DNA from: Spironucleus salmonicida
Taxonomy: Eukaryota
DNA: 64,000 nucleotides
Reading direction: 5' to 3'
NCBI RefSeq assembly: GCF_000497125.1
Contig: NC_090600.1
Coordinates: 744,001-808,000 of the forward strand
Shown: one piece after another, positions 1-12,764 of the stretch
How the letters are laid out: the number at the start of each line of letters is the position of its first letter
Numbering within the stretch: the first letter of the stretch is position 1
Notes under the pieces: generated by a model
Told to the model about the DNA's origin: nothing
Seen by the model: only the letters and a program-made list of their open reading frames with translations
Database searches by the model: none
Position numbers and translations under genes: made by a program

Positions 1-2
1 CA

Positions 3-680
3 TGCACTGCTAAGAAAAACGAAGCAGCAAGAAAAGAGCTCACTACTGATGGATCCCCAGATTGTGATATCTCTATAACTACAAGAGAGTTAATGGCTTA
101 TCTCAAAGAGAAAAAAGTTACTTTTTCGGCTGCACGCGAGATAGAATTAAAAGACAACGTGTAGGCATAATATGATGCTCCATTTAATACATTTTCAGGA
201 TCTGCTTATATTTATGGCAAAACTGCTGGTGTTACTGAAGCTGTTGTGCGCTATGTGTGTGCAATAAAGAAAGTTCCCTTTTCAGTGGGCATGATAACTA
301 AAGAGTTAATTTGGGAAAATAAACTCCATTCATCATCGCTCACCTTGTTAACCTTCAGTGCAGCAGGCGAAGACTATAGAATTTGCGTATCATACGGTGG
401 TTTAGCAGCTCATAAAGCAGTTGAATTATACAAGAGTGGTGAATTAAAAGTGGATGCCGTAGAAGTAATGGTTTGCCCTGGCGGTTGCGTAGGAGGAGGT
501 GGCCAACCAAAATAACCTAAGAAAGATATGATACTTAAGAGACACGAAGGTCTTGACAAGCATGACAAAGAGGCTCCTTACTCAAATTGTACTGAGAACC
601 CTACACTCAATGAGTTTTATGAAAGAATTGGCACTGATGTACACCATGTTATGCACACCACTTATTCTGCATATAAATGA
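3..680 (+). CDS. [FeFe]-hydrogenase, C-terminal part (5' end outside window)
   Basis: Frame 3 reads CTAKKNE (H-cluster motif 2) and EVMVCPGGCVGGGGQP (motif 3); continues through TAA/TAG as Gln to TGA 678-680. Confidence 0.92.
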
Positions 681-712
681 TATTTAACATTTTCATTTTA
701 ATTAATATCTAA

Positions 713-713
<1 letters not shown>

Positions 714-753
<40 letters not shown>
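714..753. repeat. (TA)n microsatellite
   Basis: About 20 TA units directly visible. Confidence 0.9.
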
Positions 754-759
<6 letters not shown>

Positions 760-781
760 TACTTTATTCACTTTCCATTAA

Positions 782-3187
782 ATGCACCTACTAAAATTAT
801 CATCCGTTAACAATCACCTGCTCGTTTTCACGTCCTAAACAATATATGAAATCTTGCTACCCACATTCGAGCTAGTGCAGCAACGCGACATTCCGGTTAC
901 CATCAAATCGGTTTTTGAGTTCTAGAACAATTTCTTCTTAAAATCACATATAGCTTCGTTTATCTTCAATCCTTCCACATTCGAACTCGAACCCGTTCAA
1001 GTACCCTCAAATTGCGTCCTGATGGGCTGCGTAAAACTGTCAAATTACAACGTGGTCACCCACTTAAGCGAGAAGCATTATTTCGACAAAACGGCCAAAT
1101 TTTTGCACAGCGCCGAAAACGTAATAGTGAATTTACCTTCAAAATCCGTGCTTTTCACTCCGCAACTCGTAAAAAAATTCCCCTTCACAATCGACCTCCT
1201 CGCCGACGCGTTTTTCGTTGTGGGATGCAAAAAATTCGACCTAGACGGCAAGCTCATTAGCGAATACGACTTTCCGCCCCTTTCCGCCTCAAAAGGAGCG
1301 GAAATTTTCTGGCAGAACGGCGCGATTTCGTGCCAATCTTAAAGATACGAAATCGACGACCCCCTTGACTCCCCCCTTGACTCCCCCCCTCCGCTCTTCG
1401 CGCAGCTCGCTGGCAACCATATTATTACAATTTTCGCTCCCTCCGAGATGTACTTGAACGGCGAACTTGTCAACAACTTCCTTCCAACGCGACCGCCAAT
1501 TCTGACCTACGAAACGGCCAAAATAACGCTAATTCACAGCGATAACCAGCTCGCGATTTTGCAGAATTCGCCGTTTTTCAGCTACGAACTGATCCAACAG
1601 TCCGAAAAAGTTCTCTAAAATTACGTGAATCCGCTAACGCGCGACGTGCTAGCGAAACTGTCGGGCGGGGAGGTCGTTTTCAACGGGCGGCGGCTGAGCC
1701 GGAGCTCGCGCCTGCAGCGGCGCGATCTGATGCGGAAAACGCTCCTGACGTGGCAGGACGCGAATTTCGTCATGTCCGAAGGGACCGAAATCTTCGTTTG
1801 CGAGCTCGCGCCGGAGCCGGAAAACGAGTTTTCGATCGCCGTCGCGCGCACTTTCCAGCTGCCGCACGCGTTCGTCCTGAGCCGAAACTGCGATTTCGCG
1901 TCGAAAATCTGCATTTTCACGCGCGAAAACAAGGCGTTTTGCGGCGCGATAACGCGTTTGGAGGAGGTCGAAAACGCGGCCCAATTCGTCGTTTTCGGCG
2001 GCTTCCTCGAGGGCGATCAGATCCTGCAGGTCGCCGAGGACGCGTTTTGCCTCGTTCCGGCCGACTGCTTCGCTAGCAATATCCGCGTTTTCAGGCTCGC
2101 CGGGAGCAGCATTGTGACGCTCGCGGCGGATCTAGAGGGCCGCAGCGCGCTTTTTATCGCCGAAAACGTCGTTTTGGTGCTGCGCGAAAACGAGGTTTTC
2201 GGGGTCGAAATCGCTGAAAATCGCGTCGTCTGCGCGCGGCAGCAGTTCGGCGCGCTGGACGTCTACCGCGACACGCTAAACCGCGCCGTTATCGAGCTGG
2301 AGCCGCTGCTCGCGTTCAGCGTCAAAGTGGCCGTTTCGCGCGCAGCGCGCGACAGCGTTTTCACGCAGGGCCAGGCCCCGATCCTCTCGCTGCCGCTGCA
2401 GCCCGGCGCGCGCGTCCAGTTCGCCTAAAATTTTTTCCTGTACCGCAGCGGCGCGAAATGCGCGCTGGCCGCAATCGGCGATTTCCGCGTCCAGCTCGCC
2501 TATTTCGCGCCGCGCGTGACCTCCGCAGACGTCGAAAAGCTGCTGGAGCAGAAAGCGCTCGTCCGGCCGATTCTGGAAATCGAGAATTTTGAGATAGCTG
2601 CTTTCGTGTCGCTACCCGTCCAGGACGCGCTGAGGCGCCTGCTGCGCGTTTCGCTCGATTTCGCGCAGTGCCGCGCGGTGGTCGTTTTCGGATTTTCTGG
2701 CGGCGTTCTGGCGATTTCGCACGCGTTCCTGCACGCGATTTCGAGCCTCGAAAACGCGGATTTGAACGGCGCGATTCTGCAGGCGCTGCGCGCGAAAACC
2801 GGCGGTTTCGGCAGCAACTTCATCGGCGAGATTTTCCAGGTCGGCGATAGCGCGCTGCGGCTGCCCGCGCGGGCGCTGGAAATGACGAATTTGGGCGATA
2901 AACTTGTTGTGCTTTTGGCGAATTTCGAGGTTCGCGCGTACGGCGTTTCGATGCGGGTGGAAGGGGGCAAAATCGTGCCGCAAATCGCGCTTTCGCTGGT
3001 GCGGGAAATCGCGGTATTGCGGGATTAGGACGCGTCGATTAGCGGGTTTTACGCGTTAAATGAGCGATTTTTAGCGATCGATTTCGAGGTTCGCGGAAAT
3101 GCTTTTTAGCTCGTTACGGATTTGGGGGAGGTGTTGAGGGTTGGTGAGAAAGGGGGGGTGGGGGCTATTATGTATTATAATATGTGA
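782..3187 (+). CDS. ~800 aa hypothetical protein, possibly a DDB1/CPSF160/SF3B3-type beta-propeller
   Basis: One frame from ATG 782 to TGA 3185-3187 joins track ORFs 1022, 1625 and 2516; beta-rich; ITRLEEVENAAQFVVFGGFLEGDQIL loosely resembles the DDB1 [20 protein letters not shown] segment (family call weak). Confidence 0.7.
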
Positions 3188-3189
3188 TT

Positions 3190-3239
3190 ATTATAATATA
3201 TTATTAGGTTTATTAGGTTTATAATTATTAGGTTTATTA

Positions 3240-3273
<34 letters not shown>

Positions 3274-3457
3274 ATTATTATTATTATTATTATTATAATT
3301 ATAATTATTATTATATTATTATATTATTATAATTATAATTATTATTATATTATTATATTATTATAATTATAATTATAATTATTATTATATTATTATATTA
3401 TTATATTATTATATTATTATATTATTATATTATAATTATATTATTATATTATTATAA
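3190..3457. repeat. ATT/TAT low-complexity tandem tract
   Basis: Almost pure A/T array of ATT, TATAAT and ATATT units. Confidence 0.9.
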
Positions 3458-3469
3458 GGTAGTGTGAAA

Positions 3470-3934
3470 ATGCAGCAAAGGCCCACATTTATTATCAATA
3501 ACAAATAGCTAGTTCGTGCAGCTGGGGTAGTATTTTACAATATTAAAGATGGTTAAGTGGAAGTTTTCTTTAGAAATAAGGGTGATTTCGGTGGAAAATG
3601 TAATGCAGAAGACTCAAATCCAAAATAAACGGCCATCCGAGAAGTATGTGAAGAAAGTAATGGCTATTTTGTGTCTAAATGGTTACACTAGTAAATAGAT
3701 ATTAGAAAATATTTGTATTTGTATAAAGCTAAATATGTTTTATACTTTGTCAAAATTGGAAATATTAACGAAAAAGACATTAATGACTACTTCGGTACCG
3801 TTGAAAAGTTCTCCGGTAAGGAGCATCTTTGCGAGTGGATTACTTTAGGATAAAAAACTACTGGATTGCATAAACGCCTGCCGTCCAGCAAAGTTTTACT
3901 AAATAAAATACTCGAATTTAATAATTTGAAATGA
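3470..3934 (+). CDS. Nudix hydrolase
   Basis: VRAAGVVFY...DFGGKCNAEDSNPKQTAIREVCEESNG = Nudix box; absent from the ORF track because of TAR codons. Confidence 0.85.
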
Positions 3935-3992
3935 TTTTTAAATCATTATTATATACTTATATTGTATTTATTATTTCAAAGTTATCCTCTAA

Positions 3993-4610
3993 ATGTCATA
4001 TGATCGCTCCAAAACAACGTTTTCTCCAGAAGGCCACCTGCTCTAAGTACAATACGCACACCGTGCTGCACAGAACGGATCGCTGGTGATAGCACTCAGC
4101 GGCGCATCTTCCACAATCGTTATTGTGGAGCAGAAGCTTGCAGCGCGCCTCCAACAGAAGCAGGACAAAATTGTACAGGTTTCCGACCTCGTTTACGCCG
4201 TATTTTCAGGTCTCACAGCAGACTCGCGCATCCTAGTCCAGCAGTGCCGAATCTTTGCAGCGTCCCACGCACTGCGCCTTGCGAAGGCCGCCACCGCCGC
4301 GGACGTGGCCCAGAAGCTCGGGGAGCTGGCGCAGTCGCACACCCAAATTGGCGGGAAACGGCCTTTCGGCGCGTGCGGAATCGTGTTCGACGCGCAGCAA
4401 ATCTTCACAGTCGACCCAAGCGGCGTGGTCCAGGGCTGGAAAGCGGTCGCAATCGGCGGCAACGCGAGCAAAATTTAGGACATTTTGGCCGAAAAGTGGA
4501 AGGCGGGAATGGACAAGAAAGAGGCCGAAAAGATAGGCAGAGAGGTCATCTGCGAGGTCGTAGAGGGCGAAGATATGGAGGTCAAGGTGCTGGAAGCGCG
4601 CGGGTAGTGA
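3993..4610 (+). CDS. 20S proteasome alpha subunit (alpha4/PSMA7-like)
   Basis: MSYDRSKTTFSPEGHLLQVQYA alpha signature; GGKRPFG; DPSG...WKAVAIG. Confidence 0.92.
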
Positions 4611-4911
4611 TTGGGGGAATTATTGATTTTTAGGGATCATTTTTAGGTGTAATTATTAAGTGTTTAGGAGTAATTTTAAGCAATTTTTAGTAGTCTAAAA
4701 AGCTAATCTGTTAGTTTTACAGCAAAATGTGGGCGTTGAATTCGATATGAAAAAGTTGTTTTTCGTAAAATTGACAATAAATTTGCGATAATTTTAACGT
4801 TTTCAGAGCGCAAAAAAGCAAAAAATAGCGCTGAAATTTAGTTTTTATCGTTTTTGCGTCGCGAAATATAATTAGTATTATTATATCATATATAAAACAA
4901 TAAATTCTACG

Positions 4912-5304
4912 TCACTAATCGAGATTTTCTGAGCATCTGTTCTTGATTATGTTCACAACAAACCAGTCGTACGGGCACGATTTTATGAGGCAGATGTTAT
5001 TTGAGCTTTATTTTGTTGTTTTCGCTGATTGCGAGTCTTCGTCGCATTCTGCAAGTAATTTCAGGTCCTACAAAGAAATTAGCGGTAGGAACTTGCACAT
5101 GAAAAAATACAGAGCTATTGGATCAAACTTGCCTTAAGTCGAATGGAAGGTGATGTCGATATAAATATCATATGAGCAAAAACAAAGGTGATAAATTGGA
5201 TTGAGCTTTGATTTCAGTAACGCACAAATTTCCAATTATTTGTCCAATTCTATTTGATAAATAGAACAAATGTGTGATGTGATAAATTTAACAACAGCAT
5301 CCAT
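4912..5304 (-). CDS. hypothetical protein (130 aa)
   Basis: ATG..TAG-TGA open frame MDAVVKFITSHICS...; ends in AGTGA. Confidence 0.55.
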
Positions 5305-5419
5305 TTATATTAATGTATAATAATAACATATATTATTACTATTTAATCTATTACTTTTTTGGCTTACAACAATTATATAGTTATTATACAATATAATAGT
5401 CGATTTTAAATCACTTTAA

Positions 5420-7846
5420 ATGTAAATCCAATAATTTACCTAAGAAGCACTGGAATCTAATTTATAACAAGTTCTACCAGATAGTCCTTTGTCAACTGAT
5501 TTTTACCATATAGAACATTAAGTAATTATTTCTTTTACATCAGGCCAAGTTCTGATTTCAAAAAATGCTTACCCACTTTTTTTAACATCAATTAGACTAT
5601 TCAATTCAATTTTAATTAGAATTTTCGTATCTAATGATACTCTTACAGCTATTGGTGCGGATTTTACTGACGATAAAATCTAATATTCTATGAAGTAGTA
5701 TTCGATTAAAGAAAATACTCTGCATTTGAAATCGTCGGAGAAGTTCTAATTTATGGTCAACTACGCTGAGATGACTGAAAATGGCCAATTTATAGCCCTT
5801 TCTAGCCAAACCTAAATTCATGTCTACAACGTGAAATAGCTCCTCAAAATAAAGAATAAGACAACGCTAACCTTTGACAATCCGGTGAAAAAGTTCAAAT
5901 TTGTGACGCTTAAACTGCTATTTGTCCAAACTACAAGCGAGCAGTACCTCTCAGTTTACTCATTGTCCTAGGACGCCTGTTCCTCTCTTAAGCTCTCAAC
6001 GCTATTCGACATTACGCTATACAAGCAAATTTACAGCGACGGCGGCAAAGTTTACGGCTTCAAGTACGACTAAATCCAGCAAATCCTCTTGAAAGACGAC
6101 ATTTCGAGCTTTTCAACCCCGCAAGAAGTCCAAAAGCTCTCAAAAATCGCCAAAATCAACATATTAAATTTCCCAGGCCTCCAAACGCTGGAAATCGCTC
6201 AGGGGCTCTTCGTGGCCTCCGCCGGCGCCACAGCGATATTCGACAGCGCGCTTTTGCAGATTTTCGGCCAGAATTTCGCGTTTTCGAGGGCCTCCGTCGC
6301 TTCTCACCGCATTTTGCTTCTAACAGCCGAATTTGCGCTCATTTCGCTTCAAAAAGTCGCGCCTAAAACGCTTTCGGCCCAGTACCTCAAAAACGGCCTT
6401 TTCGACGCCGCGCTGCGCCTCGGCGCCGACGCGGAAATCGTTTTCCGGGGCATCGGGGACCAGTGCCTCGCGCGTTCGGACTGCCAGGGCGCGCACAGAA
6501 ACTACCTGCTGGCCGTCGAGCACAACGCGCGCCCGGGGCCCATAATCCGCAGGATCGCGCGGACTGGCAATTTCGAGCTTCTGCAGAAGTTCCTGCAGAA
6601 CGCGCTGCAGTTCAGCAGCTCGCAGGAAATTGTTAATCTGCTGCTGACCGTCCAGATCAAAAATTGCGATTTTGAGGCTTTTAAGCATTTTACGACAAAT
6701 TTGGAAAAAACGAAAAATTTGAAAAAGGAGTGGAAAATCAAATTTGATTTGGATTTCGCGATTTCGCTTATTGAGCAAATTGAATAATAATGCGTTTTTG
6801 ATATTTGCATCTCGCGAAATGAACATTTGCGGGCAGTTGAGTTTCTGCTGGGCCGAAACAAGATTCCTGAGGCGCTGGCGCTCGCTGTGAGCTGCAAAGA
6901 GTAGATCTAGTGCACGCGGTTGATTGCACGAAAATGCTTGAATACGCCATTTGAGGATCAAGTTTCTGCATATATATGTGATAATTATAATATAATAGGT
7001 AAAAACTTTTTCGCTTTAACTGACGTTTTGAGCGAGCGATAATTTGTTAAAATATTTGAAAACGTCGCGTTTGACGCTAAAAATTCGATTTCTGAGGAGC
7101 TTGTTTCTTTATACTTCAAAATGTTGTGCGAGAGCGCTGCGGACGCTGAAATTTACTCGAAAATTCGAAATTTAACTGATATAAGGAAAATTAATTTCTC
7201 GGAAATAATACTCGTTTTTAGAGAGTTTGAAATGCGTAAATCCGAACTTTTCTGCTGTGAGAAGTTGCAGGACAAGGAGGAAGTCATTGCGGCGTTTTTG
7301 GGCCAAAATGACGTGGAAGCTGCGATCGAAATCTGCAGATCTGAGAAATTAGAGCGAAAATTCCTTTCCTCTATTATATCAATATCTGCTTAAAATGGAA
7401 AATTAAAATAGTCGTTATATCAGATATAATTAAAAAAATACGACATAATCGATTTAGTAAATACAGTAAAATCTGCTAATCGGGCGAGTAAAATTTCTGA
7501 TGTACTTGAAGTGCTATCATAAGAATATTCTTATCAAAATGAAGAAACTCAAAAATACAGAAAACAGCTGAAACAACACGAAAAGCAGCTTTTGGAACTC
7601 AAACTGGCGAGGCAGAAAATGGAGAATTTGGTTCCCCGGGATGAAAGTACGTGCCAGCAGTGCGGTTGCGCGCTGGTTCAGCCGATTGTAATGTTCTTAT
7701 GCGGGCACAGCTACCACCAAAACTGCGCAGATAGGACCTGCAGCTGCTTCGCGGAGGAGAAACTGAGGGGCCCGGCTCCCGATTTGTCGAGTATCGACAC
7801 TTTAGATCAGCTTATTAGTTAAGTTGGTTAAGGAGATTTAGAGTGA
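5420..7846 (+). CDS. VPS11: Vps11-like HOPS/CORVET subunit
   Basis: One frame joins ORFs 6089, 7121 and 7592; coiled coil followed by C-terminal RING CQQCGCALVQPIVMFLCGHSYHQNC typical of Vps11. Confidence 0.8.
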
Positions 7847-7899
7847 AATAAATTTAGTATTATTATATAATATAAATAATATAATATTTCCCTTCCTTT

Positions 7900-9159
7900 A
7901 TGGAATGCACGCATGAGGAAAAGATAGTTTCCCGCTACTCTATCACCTGTGCCACCTGCGGGGTCGTACTGGAGGAGAACGACATCGTGATAGAGCTGAA
8001 CTTCCAAAAAACCAACGCTGGCGGTTTCGTAGGCGGCGAATTCGTCCAAATCACCAAATTCTCGCAACGAGCCCGCGAGAACTCGCTCTACCAGTTCAAA
8101 ACGCGCACAGACCGCATGTCCTCCGATCTGGCCATCTCCTAGCAGGCAGTCAACACCGCACGCCAGTTCTACATCCAGCTGCTAGATCTCGGCCAGACGC
8201 GCTCGCGCAGCAGCGAAATCACCGCCAGTGCGCTTCTATACCTCGCCTGCATCGATTCAGAGCTCACGATCAACGACTTCGCAGTCGTCTCGAACTGCTC
8301 CGTCAGCGACCTCAAGAAGGCCAGCCAGCGCTACAAATCAATTCTGAAGATCCAGAAACAGCGCAACTACGACATCCTGCTCAGGCGCTTCCTGCAGCAG
8401 CTGGCAGGCCTCTACGGGACCGAAATCGTCGACAAACTCTTCGCGAAGGCCTGCGAAAACTACCAGTTTCTCGCGCAGATCAAGTTTGCGTAAAATCTGT
8501 CAATTTACAAATCGATCGCAATTTCCATTTATTTGGCCGGAAAGCAATTACAAATCGATTTTCCACTCCAAGCAATTTCGCACTTCTGTATGGTCAGTTT
8601 GCAGAGTCTGGAAAGTGGTTTAAAGCGCCTAAAAGACGTCCAGGAGCTCCAAAATGCACCTTTTGAGGCCGTTTGCGCGCAGGAAAACGTTAAATTTGTG
8701 CTCAAAAAACGCGCAAAACCCGTGAAACCGCGCGAGGAACTTTTCGCGAAGCAGGAATTCGAGTTTTAGGACGTTTACGAGCTCGACATTCAAGTTTAAG
8801 ACGAGATTGAAGCGGAAAAATCGCTCCAAAAGTTGCTCTGCGACGAAGAAACTATCTCGTTCAGGCGGAAGTAATACGCGGATTTGTTCTCCGAAAACGT
8901 CAATTATATCATTTCGCGGAAGGAAATTAAGGCCAAAATCACGAAAAACAACGCCGCGCGGATCGACTCGCAGCGTGAAAATAGCCAAATTCTGAGCATG
9001 GCCGAGCTCGGAAAGGAGCAGAAAATCGGATTGTTGCAGATATTGGAGCAAAGCGATAGTGGAATGGGGCTGATTGAAAGGAGCGGAAAAGGAAAGGAAA
9101 ATGGAGTGGTAGTTAACGAGGAATTGGAGCTGGAGGAGGAGGGTAGGCTATATTGGTGA
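7900..9159 (+). CDS. BRF1: TFIIB-related factor BRF1 (TFIIIB subunit)
   Basis: Zn ribbon CATCGVVLEENDIVIELNF; cyclin repeat with RSRSSEITASALLYLAC; joins ORFs 7900, 8533 and 8884. Confidence 0.75.
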
Positions 9160-9636
9160 GAAGTTCGAAATTTTGGGCCTGGAATGTTGATTAAGTGGCT
9201 GGATTCGCAATTTGCTGGAGGGTGATATTTTGAAAATTGGAGTGGAAAATTGAATTGAAAGTGAAATTTTTCTCACTAAAATCATGTCATGTTCAAAGCG
9301 TTTTAGTGCAAATGGCGGTAGATTGCACTGGAAACCAGGCCTATATCCAACGTTATATCAGCATAAAATCTTGTGTAGGGCTACTAAATCAACAAGTGAT
9401 ATAACGAATAGCAAGTTTTCCGCAATGTAAAATTATCACTTTGGGCGTATTTCGCCTTTAAAATTAAAATCCTGACGTCCGCGCTGGCCGCAAATCGCAG
9501 TGATTTTTCGCGCTCGTTTATGCAAAATGCGGGTTTGACCATTTAGCTATTTCTGGCGCATTTGGCGTTCCGCTGAAATTTTTTGTTATATCACTAAAGA
9601 AAATTCAGACATCTGATTTGCAAAAGTTACATTCCA

Positions 9637-9684
9637 AATTAGGAGTGGAAAATCAAATTCAAATTCACTTTTCCACTCCTAATT
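9637..9684. repeat. perfect 16-bp inverted repeat made of two back-to-back TTTTCCACTCC motifs
   Basis: AATTAGGAGTGGAAAA (9637-9652), 16-nt spacer, TTTTCCACTCCTAATT (9669-9684). Confidence 0.85.
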
Positions 9685-9807
9685 ACTGTTTTTAAGCGAT
9701 TACTTCACAGTTTCTATTCTTAACTGAATACGTTCATTATAACGTTAAATTCGTTATTGCGTTGATGTCCATGTGATCCAACGCATGCGGTGGGAATTTG
9801 ATTTTGG

Positions 9808-10500
9808 TCACTCGAATTTCGTAATCAGAGCAGCGAATTGGGCGTAAGAGAGCTCGCCAGTAACGCCGGATACCGCCTCCTCGTAGACTTTCCTGCTGAC
9901 GTTGGGCTTGTAAAGCTTCTCAGCCAATTTCTTGAATTCCTTCTCAGAAATCGTGCCAGAAAGATCGGCGTCGGCGGAAATGAATTCTGCCAAGGCATCG
10001 AATGTGTGCTAGCCTCCAACTATGACAACCAGCATGAATCTCACGTATTCACGTTGAGAGAGCATTGAGTCGAAATTGGTGTCGATAATTCTCAATAAGC
10101 GGATTACGTCATCTTTATCCATGTTGATGTTAAATTCTTGCATTCCAGCGTCTAATTCCTTAACGGAAAGCGTACCGGTGCCGTTGTCATCTACTTTTTT
10201 GAAAGACTCTTTAATCTTATTGAAAGTCTCATCATCTACATAAGGGCAAATAGTATTCTTAGGATTTTCACAAGTAGGTTCCATAGGTTTGGACTCAGTA
10301 GGCTTTTAGTCGCATGGCTTGTCTTCACAAGGTTTATCTGTGCAAGGCTTATCTTCACATTTCTTATCTGTGCAAGGTACATTAGTACAAGGTTTATCAC
10401 CACACGGTTTCTTTTCGCAGGTAGAGTCTGTCTTTCCATTTAAGAGAGCATTTGTATTCTTCTTCTCTGTAACTTACTTATTTGATGCACCGCAACCCAT
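9808..10500 (-). CDS. EF-hand calcium-binding protein with N-terminal MGCGAS acylation signal and Cys-pentapeptide repeats
   Basis: MGCGAS start; EF loops DDNGTGTLSVKE, DTNFDSMLSQRE, DADLSGTISEKE. Confidence 0.88.
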
Positions 10501-10665
10501 TTAATAATTGCGGATTTCCAAAATATAATGCAAAATAATATAATAACTTTAATTATTTGAAACTATTTTTAGAATTAGAGTAGAGTATAAAATAAAATAT
10601 AAATTGTATACTTAAATAAATAATTTAGTCTAAGTTAGAATTGAATTTCAGTATCTAAAATTACC

Positions 10666-11841
10666 TCACTTCCATTTGGTCATTACCTGCTTAAAACCAT
10701 TTTCACGCATTACTGCCAGTCCTCCATTCAGAATATCCCACCGTAGCCCTTCAATCTTCTTATCACTACAATCTCGCCATTCTTAAACAGTTTTTGGTTT
10801 AAAAATTTCGCCTATTTAACGCTTTTCCTCTAATTTCTTTTTAATTTACTACCTAACTTCGAGTCCAATTTCAAACTTTTAGTCGATACAAATCTGCATT
10901 AAATCATCAATCAAAAATGGCAATATAGACCAACTTACAGGACTTTAAAGTTTCATATCTGGATTCATATTTGCTTCAATAAAAATAGGCTTAAGTGTAT
11001 CATCCAACATGAAATCAAGTCCTAATAGTTCCCAACAATTAATAAGGCTTCCACTGATATCTGAAATAGTCTTCAAAATAGTAGTCATAATTGTTTTTAT
11101 TTTAGGCCAAACTTCGCTTTAAAATCGTCCATCACAAATTTCCTCAATTTATTCAAAATCAATCATATTGCCCTCTTCAAATTTATTGTAATTGTCGGAT
11201 TTCTTCTAAAGCGCATTATTTGTTAAATGTGACGCCAAATCTTCACCTAAAATATCATATTCTGAACTAGTTGTTCTCCCATATCCAACATCGTATATAT
11301 AGCCCGACCCATCGCTAGTAATAAGGGCAAAAACGCGCAAATCAAACTTTCGTTTCTAATATAGTAAAGGCCTTTCAATATACTCTTAAATAATAAACTT
11401 ACAAGGTAATGATTTTGCATGAATCTCTGCCTCTTCTAAAGATTTTACAACAGCGATTCCACGACCACGATTATAAGCCACAGGTTTCATAATCCATAAA
11501 ATTGGTACTTTTTATGCATAAATATACGCGATAAATTTACGTTTTTCAAATGAATCAAATAAATAAGTAGGCTACGTGAAATCAAATATTTTTGGTCCCA
11601 GTTTTTAATAAAGAGCACTATAAATTTACCATTTTGAATGATATTTAATATTATGCTTCAAATGATTATAAACCGCGAATTTCGAATTTTCAAACGATTT
11701 GGGGGTTGTTTCTTGGTAGTGTAAATTGAATGGCTTAGATGGGTCAATTTGAAAGAATGGTCTAGAAAGTATGATTTACTTGATCATCTCATCATTGTTT
11801 CCAGGATTAATCGATAATATGTATTTTTTAATTTTAGACAT
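10666..11841 (-). CDS. tubulin-tyrosine ligase-like protein (possibly glycylase-type TTLL)
   Basis: WIMKPVAYNRGRGI, IIQEYIERPLL, RKFDLRVF, HLTNNA, ELLGLDFMLD, FIEANMNP. Confidence 0.9.
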
Positions 11842-12207
11842 TTATATTATAATATAAAAAGTGTAGTTAAATTAAATATAATAAAAGCAATGTATTGAAA
11901 GCTAAACTCTATCACTGAAAATAATAGTAATAATAACTATAACTTAAACCTAATAGGAAATATTACTAACATAATCGAATCATTATCCTTGAGAAAACAG
12001 TTTAAAATGCTCTAATTTGTATTTTTATCTAATAGAAAGGTCATTCTTTTTTTATGACCTTTGACAGCTTGAATTTTTAAGATAATACTGTTTAGTTAGT
12101 GATAATTTACTCATAACTAAGCAGTGCAAATAATACAAAACAATATTTAAGACTGATAAGGCTGCTCTATTTTCAATAAATAAGTACACCAAATAAAAAT
12201 TTACGAC

Positions 12208-12708
12208 TCATTTCTTCTCTGGTACTTTACCATACAATTAACCTAGCATTTGTCTAATCTGTGCAACATCCTCAAAAAGCTAATTCATAGCCTCTTAATT
12301 ATAAACAGATTCTACAACTTTTAATCTTTATTCTAAATCCTCCGGCTTAATTTACACCTAAGATATCTTATCTTTACCTTCTTCTAATAATGATTCTGCC
12401 TGCGTTTGAACCTCAGTTATTTATTTATCAATCACATTTTATTAATAGTGAAAAAGATACTTTTCTACTTTCTATTAAAGCTTAGCTGGAAGATCTGTGG
12501 TTATTGTCTCTATCATTTTCATTAATTCCTATTAATTTCGCTCTAGGACAGTAATATAACCCAATAATTATTAAACTGTTGTAGCGTAGTCTTAATCTAG
12601 CTCAACTTCTGCTATTTTAGGCAATGATAATGTTTTCTATTCAGGAATGCGAACTGATGTCGTCAGAGCAGAATCTGGACGATTTGCAAAAGGATTGGCT
12701 TTTGACAT
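12208..12708 (-). CDS. hypothetical protein (166 aa)
   Basis: Open frame MSKANPFANRPDS...; TTTCCACT motif just upstream. Confidence 0.65.
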
Positions 12709-12764
12709 TCAAATAGTGGAAAGAACATAAATGTACCTTATAAAATAATAATATTGAATTTAAA

